Source: Candidatus Saccharimonadota bacterium (GTDB lineage: Bacteria; Patescibacteriota; Microgenomatia; UBA1406; GWC2-37-13). From it: a stretch of 32,000 bases of DNA. The stretch lies in NCBI GenBank assembly GCA_001790095.1, contig MGBH01000001.1, positions 510,001 through 542,000 on the forward strand. Direction: 5' to 3'. How positions within the stretch are numbered: the first letter of the stretch is position 1; every line of letters starts with the position of its first letter. The notes below the pieces were generated by a model. The model did no database searches. It was given only the letters and a program-made list of their open reading frames with translations, and had not been told where the DNA came from. A program made the translations under genes and the position numbers. This document shows, piece by piece, positions 26,807 through 32,000 of the stretch.

Positions 26807-26878
26807 AATGTTTTAATGTTATAATGTTTATATATATTTGACCTTATAAATTTCAACATTATAACTTTATAACAAATC
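26807..26878. repeat. Inverted arrays of an 8-bp-period AT-rich repeat (unit about AACWTTAT) upstream of ybaB
   Basis: AATGTTTT/AATGTTAT/AATGTTTA at 26807-26830 read as AACATT units on the minus strand. AACATTAT/AACTTTAT/AACAAATC lie at 26855-26878. There is a perfect 11-bp inverted repeat: GTTATAATGTT at 26818-26828 and AACATTATAAC at 26855-26865. Confidence 0.55.
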
Positions 26879-26879
26879 T

Positions 26880-27143
26880 ATGTTTAATCCATTAGGAGGT
26901 TTGGGAGATATCCAAAAATTACAACAACAGGCACAAAAGATGCAGTCTGCCCTACAACAAGAACAAATTGCGGTGGAAAAAAACGGAGTACAGATAACCA
27001 TGCGGGGAGATCAACAGATTATTGAAGTCACCGTTGATGGAGTTATTGAAAACCGTATTGCCGAAGCGATCAATGAAGCTGTCAAAAAAACTCAAGAACT
27101 TGCAGCGCGAAAGCTTATCGAAATATCACAACAACAAGGATAA
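26880..27143 (+). CDS. ybaB: Nucleoid-associated protein YbaB/EbfC family
   Basis: LQQQAQKMQSALQQEQIAVEKNGVQITMRGDQQIIEVTVDG...AINEAVKK; length 87 aa. Confidence 0.85.
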   Translation: MFNPLGGLGDIQKLQQQAQKMQSALQQEQIAVEKNGVQITMRGDQQIIEVTVDGVIENRIAEAINEAVKKTQELAARKLIEISQQQG

Positions 27144-27147
27144 AAAA

Positions 27148-28092
27148 ATGTTTAAACTCTTTTCCGGAACCGCAAACCCAGCACTTTCTCAAGAAGTTGC
27201 AAAAAAAATGGGCGTTTCTCTTGCTGGGGGAGAGGTCGTAAGATTTGAGAATTCAGAGATTAGGGTCCGGATAAGTGAGGATGTAAAACATCATTCATGT
27301 GTGCTTATTCAATCTACCTCCAACCCGACCGACACTCATCTTATGGAACTTTTTTTCTTTTGTGATGCGTTGCGTCGTCAGGAAGCTAGAGAAGTAATTG
27401 GAGTTATTCCTTATTTTGGTTATGCTCGTCAAGACGTACAACATCGAGACGGTGAATGCGTATCTGTTAATGTCATAATTAAGTTTCTTGAGTCAATTGG
27501 TTTTTACAAAATTTATACGGTAAATCTCCACGATGAAGCTACTGAGGGTGTATTTTCAATTCCATTTAAAAATATTAACGCTTTTCCTGTACTGGCTCAA
27601 GAAGTAAGATCATACTTGTCTCATCAGACTAATTTGACAAATCTGACCGATACCGTATCTGTTGTGTCACCTGACCATGGAGGAGTAGAACGGGCTCGAA
27701 AGTTTTCTGATGTTCTTTTTGGACACACAAGTCATACTATCGCAGTGGTTGAAAAAAAACGGGACCTAAAACAGATACATCAAAGCAAAGCGCTTGACCT
27801 GTATGGAGATGTAAAGGGAAAAATTGCAATTCTTGTAGATGATCTTGTCACCTCAGGCGGTACTTTGATACATGCGGCAAAACTTTGCATGGATAGGGGA
27901 GCGAGTCAAGTACTCGCTGCTGTTGTCCATCACGATTTTGGACCAGAAGCACCAAATCTTATACAATCATCTTCAATAACTCGCTTTATTACAACCAACA
28001 CTATCGCTCTTAAAGACGAACAAAAATTTGAAAAATTACATGAGGTTTCCATAGCAGCTCTTATTTCGGAGGAAATCAAACACTTAAAATAA
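27148..28092 (+). CDS. prs: Ribose-phosphate pyrophosphokinase (PRPP synthetase)
   Basis: The start is set at the ATG at 27148 (MFKLFSGTANPALSQEVAKKMG). The track ORF from 27022 overlaps ybaB. Other motifs are VIPYFGYARQD and the PRPP-binding loop AILVDDLVTSGGTL. Confidence 0.93.
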   Translation: MFKLFSGTANPALSQEVAKKMGVSLAGGEVVRFENSEIRVRISEDVKHHSCVLIQSTSNPTDTHLMELFFFCDALRRQEAREVIGVIPYFGYARQDVQHRDGECVSVNVIIKFLESIGFYKIYTVNLHDEATEGVFSIPFKNINAFPVLAQEVRSYLSHQTNLTNLTDTVSVVSPDHGGVERARKFSDVLFGHTSHTIAVVEKKRDLKQIHQSKALDLYGDVKGKIAILVDDLVTSGGTLIHAAKLCMDRGASQVLAAVVHHDFGPEAPNLIQSSSITRFITTNTIALKDEQKFEKLHEVSIAALISEEIKHLK

Positions 28093-28093
28093 C

Positions 28094-28714
28094 TTAATAT
28101 TTCGTTCTTCCTTCAATCGCTTTTCCGAGTGTTCCATAATCAGCATACTCTAGATTTGCACCCATCGGTAACCCATATGCGAGTCTGGAAATTTTGAGTT
28201 TTAGGTTTTGAGATTTGAGTTTTTTCATAATGTACATCGCCGTTGCCTCACCTTCCATGTCTGGGTTTGTAGCCAAAATGATCTCTTCAAGCGTACTATC
28301 AGCTTTTTGCAGCTCCTTTACTCGATCAAGCAGCTGATTAACATAGATGTCCTCAGGCCCAATTGAGTTCAGCGGGTCAATCTTACCATGCAAAACGTGA
28401 TATGTGCCGTTATAGATATTTCCAACTTCAAATGACAAAAGATCAAGAACTGTCTCAACAACGGTGATTTTACTTGTATCGCGACGGTTATCTTCACATA
28501 TACTACAAAGTTCTTTTTCGGTCAAATTAAAACATCGTTTACAAAGCTTGGTTCTGGACTTTAAAGTAGACACATTCTCACCAAATATTTTTAGCTCTGA
28601 TTCAGGCATCCGTAACAAATACATAGCAAGTCTATTTGCAGTTTTCTCACCAATACCAGGTAAGCGCTCAAAAAATAACGCGATATGTTTTAAATTGGTA
28701 GGTAGAGTAGACAT
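28094..28714 (-). CDS. recR: Recombination protein RecR
   Basis: HhH LPGIGEKTANRLAMYLL, the Cys4 finger CKRCFNLTEKELCSIC, and the Toprim block ATNPDMEGEATAMYI. Confidence 0.95.
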   Translation of the reverse strand: MSTLPTNLKHIALFFERLPGIGEKTANRLAMYLLRMPESELKIFGENVSTLKSRTKLCKRCFNLTEKELCSICEDNRRDTSKITVVETVLDLLSFEVGNIYNGTYHVLHGKIDPLNSIGPEDIYVNQLLDRVKELQKADSTLEEIILATNPDMEGEATAMYIMKKLKSQNLKLKISRLAYGLPMGANLEYADYGTLGKAIEGRTKY

Positions 28715-28723
28715 ATACTTGCC

Positions 28724-30400
28724 TTATATCTGTATTGTTTCAACCATTATCAAAGGCCTTCTTCCTGTTTCGGAAAAAAAGTGTTGCTCCAAAAGGACAA
28801 TCGCTTCTTTTTTCGCCTTGGTTGCATCTATTATGTCGCTTCCATGAGGCTTAAGGGTCTTTTCGATAAGTTTAATAGCATCATCAAAGAGTTTAATGCC
28901 AATTTTTTCAAAAACAAACCCTCTTGAAAGTAATTTAGGCCTACTTACCAACTTACCCAAATTATCTATGGGTAAAATGGCAACTACTATCCCATCACTT
29001 GAAAGCGTTTTGCGATCACGAAGTACAATGCTCCCAACGTCTCCTATACCATATGCATCAACATAAATGTTTCTTGTCTCAATCGTATCACCTAAAGTAG
29101 CTTTGTTCTTTGTAAACCATACTGTCTCACCTTCTTGCAGTAAAAAAACTGAGTCTGATCTGTAACCCAACTCTTCTGTCAGCTTGCGGTACTGTTGTTG
29201 GTGACGTACCGTACCCCCAATTGGGATGAAGTATTTTGGATTGGTCAGTCGAATGAGAAGTTTGAGATCTTCACGGCTTCCGTGACCTGATGCATGAAGC
29301 TGATCCTGGATGTCTGAATAAACTACGTCTGCTCCTTGTAGTGTGAGCTCTTCTATAAGAGCATAAACTTCGTTTTCATTTCCTGGGATCGGGTCTGAGG
29401 ATATGATGACACGATCTCCCGCCTTAATCTTGACATTTTTATTCATTTTATTTGCCAGTTTAGAAAGAGCAGAACCGTATTGTCCCTGGGAACCGGCGAC
29501 TATAAGACATACTTTGTTTGGAGGAAGTTGCATAACTTCTTCTTCTTTGCCCAATAGGTTGTGAGGAATAGGTAAATAATTGATTTCTTTTGCGATACGC
29601 GTATTTTCTCTCATCGAGCGGCCTAAAAATATAATCTTTCGATTAAACTTGATCGCAGCTTCAACACACTGCCTTATGCGAGAGATGTTTGATGAAAATG
29701 TTGTCATGATAAACTTCCCTCTTGTTTTACGCATGGTATCCTCAAATGTTTGCCCCACGATTGCTTCAGATAAAGTAAGACCGTCTCTCTCTGACCCAAG
29801 AGCATCAGAAAGCAAGCAAAGAAGTCCGTCATGTCCTGCTTTGGTTATCTCATAAAAATCTGGTGGGAAACCAAAGGGGGGAGTAAGATCGAACTTAAAA
29901 TCAGCGCCATGATATATATCACCGATGGGGGTCTTTATAAGTATATGGGTTGTGTCGGGGATAGAGTGGGTGACCCGAATAAATTTTATTTGAAATCCTC
30001 CGAAGGTATATTCCTTATCATAACTGACTCTCTCTACTTTAGATGGAATATCAAACTCTTTAAATTTATTTTCAATAAACGAAGCGGTAAGATTGCTTGT
30101 CAAGATGCTTGGACTTCCCAAATCTTTATAGTGGTAGGGAAGTGCGCTTGTGTGATCTTCATGACCATGGGTCACTAAAATTGCACGGATTTTATCCGCT
30201 TTTCCTTTTAGATAGGTGATGTCTGGAATAACAAAATCAACACCAAGCTCCTTTTCCATAGGAAACCCTATACCGCAATCAACTATCAGTATGTCTTTTA
30301 ATATGTCGTTCTCATACAGTTCATAGACATACATATTTTTTGTGACCCCAACCACACCACCTAAAGGTATAAAACGAAGCTTAAATGTTTCCATATACAT
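28724..30400 (-). CDS. rnj: Ribonuclease J (metallo-beta-lactamase/beta-CASP RNase)
   Basis: LRFIPLGGVVGVTKNMYVYE, HxHxDH as THGHEDHTSALP, beta-CASP blocks, and HASGHGSREDL. Length 558 aa. An alternative start lies 2 codons downstream at 30394. Confidence 0.93.
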   Translation of the reverse strand: MYMETFKLRFIPLGGVVGVTKNMYVYELYENDILKDILIVDCGIGFPMEKELGVDFVIPDITYLKGKADKIRAILVTHGHEDHTSALPYHYKDLGSPSILTSNLTASFIENKFKEFDIPSKVERVSYDKEYTFGGFQIKFIRVTHSIPDTTHILIKTPIGDIYHGADFKFDLTPPFGFPPDFYEITKAGHDGLLCLLSDALGSERDGLTLSEAIVGQTFEDTMRKTRGKFIMTTFSSNISRIRQCVEAAIKFNRKIIFLGRSMRENTRIAKEINYLPIPHNLLGKEEEVMQLPPNKVCLIVAGSQGQYGSALSKLANKMNKNVKIKAGDRVIISSDPIPGNENEVYALIEELTLQGADVVYSDIQDQLHASGHGSREDLKLLIRLTNPKYFIPIGGTVRHQQQYRKLTEELGYRSDSVFLLQEGETVWFTKNKATLGDTIETRNIYVDAYGIGDVGSIVLRDRKTLSSDGIVVAILPIDNLGKLVSRPKLLSRGFVFEKIGIKLFDDAIKLIEKTLKPHGSDIIDATKAKKEAIVLLEQHFFSETGRRPLIMVETIQI

Positions 30401-30485
30401 AGTTATAAAGTTATAAAGTTGAAAGTTATAAAGTTTTTTTGCTTAAACTTTAAGACATTATAACATTATTACTTTATAACAGTTG
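30401..30485. repeat. Inverted arrays of the same 8-bp-period repeat in the rnj / DUF59 divergent intergenic region
   Basis: AGTTATAA at 30401, AGTTATAA at 30409, AGTTGAA at 30417, AGTTATAA at 30424 and AGTT at 30432 read as AACTTTAT units on the minus strand running into the rnj ATG. The central palindrome CTTAAACTTTAAG lies at 30442-30454. GACATTAT/AACATTAT/TACTTTAT/AACAGTTG lie at 30454-30485 on the plus strand. Confidence 0.6.
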
Positions 30486-30499
30486 ATATACTATTAGTA

Positions 30500-30802
30500 A
30501 TGAAAATCTCTGAGAAAAAAGCATGGAATGCCCTTGAGGAAGTCATGGATCCTGAGATCCATATCTCTCTTATTGATCTTGGCCTTATTTACAAAATTAC
30601 GGTACAAAAAGAAAAGATACATGTATTAATGACTCTTACCACGGTTGGCTGTCCGCTTTTTTCTCTCATTGAAAAAGAAGTAAAAGATAAACTTATTTTT
30701 CTTGGTTTTAAGCCAGAAAATATAAAACTTGAGCTTACGTTTGATCCGCCATGGACAATGGAGCGGATCACGGAAAAAGGACGGGCCATGATGGGAATAT
30801 AG
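30500..30802 (+). CDS. DUF59/MIP18-family (SufT/PaaD-like) metal-sulfur cluster assembly factor
   Basis: LEEVMDPEIHISLIDLGLIY...VLMTLTTVGCPL...; length 100 aa. Confidence 0.8.
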   Translation: MKISEKKAWNALEEVMDPEIHISLIDLGLIYKITVQKEKIHVLMTLTTVGCPLFSLIEKEVKDKLIFLGFKPENIKLELTFDPPWTMERITEKGRAMMGI

Positions 30803-31372
30803 TTGTTAATACTGATTTTAACTTTTATGCATAAAGGTTCATTCTTAAGCGATACGTTTGAAAAAGCCATTGAGGCAGGACAGTCTATGGCTAAAAGCGG
30901 CGGAAAACAATTGAAACAGACATTCAACCCTGCCCAGATGATTGGTAATGCAATTGGAATAGCAAAAGAAGGGGGAGGAACCGACGCGGTTAAGGGGGTT
31001 GAAGGCAGGGGAGCTACGGAAGCTAAGGAGAAAAGGAGTAGTACTGCTCTTGATTTTGAAAAACTACAAAAAAGGTACCAAAATCAGGATAAATCTCAAA
31101 CCGACGCTCTTCGAAATAGGCTTTTTCAACTGGTAAAAAGTGGTGAAGAAAAAGTATACTCTGAAAAGAAACAGATGGAAGCACAGGAAAAAAGAGATGC
31201 GGCTTATCTTGAGCAAGAAAAAAGAAGAAAAGAGGCAGAAAAACAACGTCAAGCACAAACCACAACCGAACCGCAAGGAAAAGAAAAACAAAGTGTTCTT
31301 GCACCAAGAAAAAAGAAAAAAGGAGTTCAACCATCTCCAACAGAGATCAAACCTTCAACCGGAAAACAATAA
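30803..31372 (+). CDS. Hypothetical K/E/Q-rich, probably disordered or coiled-coil protein
   Basis: The long purine-rich frame has a TTG at 30803 and the first ATG at 30827, so the start is uncertain. Most of the sequence is low-complexity charged repeats (EKRDAAYLEQEKRRKEAEKQRQ). I recognise no family. Confidence 0.4.
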   Translation: MLILILTFMHKGSFLSDTFEKAIEAGQSMAKSGGKQLKQTFNPAQMIGNAIGIAKEGGGTDAVKGVEGRGATEAKEKRSSTALDFEKLQKRYQNQDKSQTDALRNRLFQLVKSGEEKVYSEKKQMEAQEKRDAAYLEQEKRRKEAEKQRQAQTTTEPQGKEKQSVLAPRKKKKGVQPSPTEIKPSTGKQ

Positions 31373-31373
31373 G

Positions 31374-32000
31374 TTAGTTGTTTATACAAACTCCATTTTC
31401 ATTATCACCACCCAAACGACATATATATGAGCTGTCGCAATAACTAACATATCTTCCTCCATTGGCAGTTAATGGCACATACTTACCGCAACACATTTCG
31501 TTCAACCCACCGCAAATATCGTCAGTAACTTCAAGACATCTTTCTGTAATAAAATCACAATATAATGTTGTGTTCTCACACCTTCGCCAAGCATTTTCAT
31601 CACAACATTGTGTATTCTTTAATCCACAAGGACCAATTGAACTACTATTTACATTACTAGATGTATAACCGGTGGGTTGAACAGTTGGAGTTTCAGTTGG
31701 ATTTATATTTTCATCTGTTGATGAAGAGCTATTATTATTTGATTCTTTTCTTTTTCTGCAACAATACAAATCAAGACCCGCCATCGTTTTGCTACAACCA
31801 AGTGATTGATCTAAATAGTACTCTTCTCCGCAATTAGACAATTTGGTAGGCTGACAATAATCTTCTGAAGACCCTGTATCTTGACACACTTTGCTACTTG
31901 TATCCTCTATGACATCAACACAACATATATTCACATTTCCTAATCCACATTTGGTTTCACTTGCAACAAATCCTTTTCCGCAGGTTATTTCCCACGCTCT
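31374..32000 (-). CDS. Cys-rich repeat protein with an S/T/N-rich linker; N-terminus lies beyond the right window edge
   Basis: The minus-strand frame stays open from 31934 (the track's GTG start) to base 32000 (RAWEITCGKGFVASETKCGLGNVNICC...). The motif CG-x5/6-CC recurs as CGLGNVNICC, CGLKNTQCC and CGGLNEMCC. The linker is SNNNSSSSTDENINPTETPTVQPTGYTSSNVNSSS. Confidence 0.55.
   Translation of the reverse strand, partial: RAWEITCGKGFVASETKCGLGNVNICCVDVIEDTSSKVCQDTGSSEDYCQPTKLSNCGEEYYLDQSLGCSKTMAGLDLYCCRKRKESNNNSSSSTDENINPTETPTVQPTGYTSSNVNSSSIGPCGLKNTQCCDENAWRRCENTTLYCDFITERCLEVTDDICGGLNEMCCGKYVPLTANGGRYVSYCDSSYICRLGGDNENGVCINN

Noticed and set aside
27022-27147. The N-terminal extension of prs (track start 27022)
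   Set aside because: It overlaps the ybaB coding region in another frame. The canonical Prs N-terminus (MFKLFSGTANP) begins at the ATG at 27148, 4 nt after the ybaB stop.
26807-30485. The short tandem repeats at 26807-26878 and 30401-30485 as CRISPR arrays or a mobile-element boundary
   Set aside because: The units are 8 bp and contiguous with no spacers, which rules out CRISPR. No cas, transposase or integrase genes occur anywhere in the window. The enclosed genes (ybaB, prs, recR, rnj) are core housekeeping genes.
31023-31430. Overlapping ORFs 31023-31340 (-), 31064-31330 (-) and 31140-31430 (+)
   Set aside because: They are artefacts of the purine-rich, low-complexity K/E-coding stretch of 30803-31372, which stays open in several frames.

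Overview
This is an AT-rich, very gene-dense bacterial chromosomal segment. Genes abut or overlap, six convergent junctions leave no room for terminators, and two divergent start codons lie only 23-29 nt apart. The standard genetic code applies, since TGA ends rpsB, frr, rseP and proS at the expected lengths. Several features suggest a reduced-genome CPR/Patescibacteria-like organism; this is inference, not a database hit. They are a 16S gene with no 23S, 5S or spacer tRNA, divergent universal-primer sites in the 16S, short EF-Ts and DnaX, a truncated YbeY, and loss of pyrH/uppS/cdsA/dxr from a conserved gene string. From left to right the window holds: (1) a cell-surface glycan cluster at 1-7674, with two GT-C-like membrane proteins, two GT2 enzymes, a SAM methyltransferase and a Wzy_C/O-antigen-ligase-family protein with TPR repeats, wrapped around a type IV pilin-like gene; (2) mreB; (3) a 16S rRNA gene with a consensus promoter, a boxA-like element, a terminator-like leader hairpin and a 24-bp flanking processing helix, followed directly by an orphan ORF; (4) a membrane protein, galU and an Ig-like anchored protein; (5) a pore-less MgtE-type sensor protein abutting an NRAMP-family permease with a non-canonical metal site; (6) a DUF62-like protein, nadE and nadD; (7) rpsB-tsf-frr-rseP, two cytidylate-kinase-like paralogs, proS and a DHH-like gene; (8) rpsU, a ybeY-like gene, dnaX and ybaB, prs, recR, rnj, a DUF59 gene, a K/E-rich protein and a Cys-rich repeat protein truncated at the right edge. 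I saw no transposase, integrase, CRISPR array, recognisable defence system or tRNA. The leads most worth follow-up are the sensor-plus-NRAMP two-gene module, the pilin-centred glycosylation cluster, the 16S flanking helix with its orphan ORF, the shared 8-bp-period inverted repeat arrays in two intergenic regions, and the recurrent promoter-to-ATG spacing that suggests leaderless mRNAs. All functional calls come from motif recognition by eye and need HMM or BLAST confirmation.
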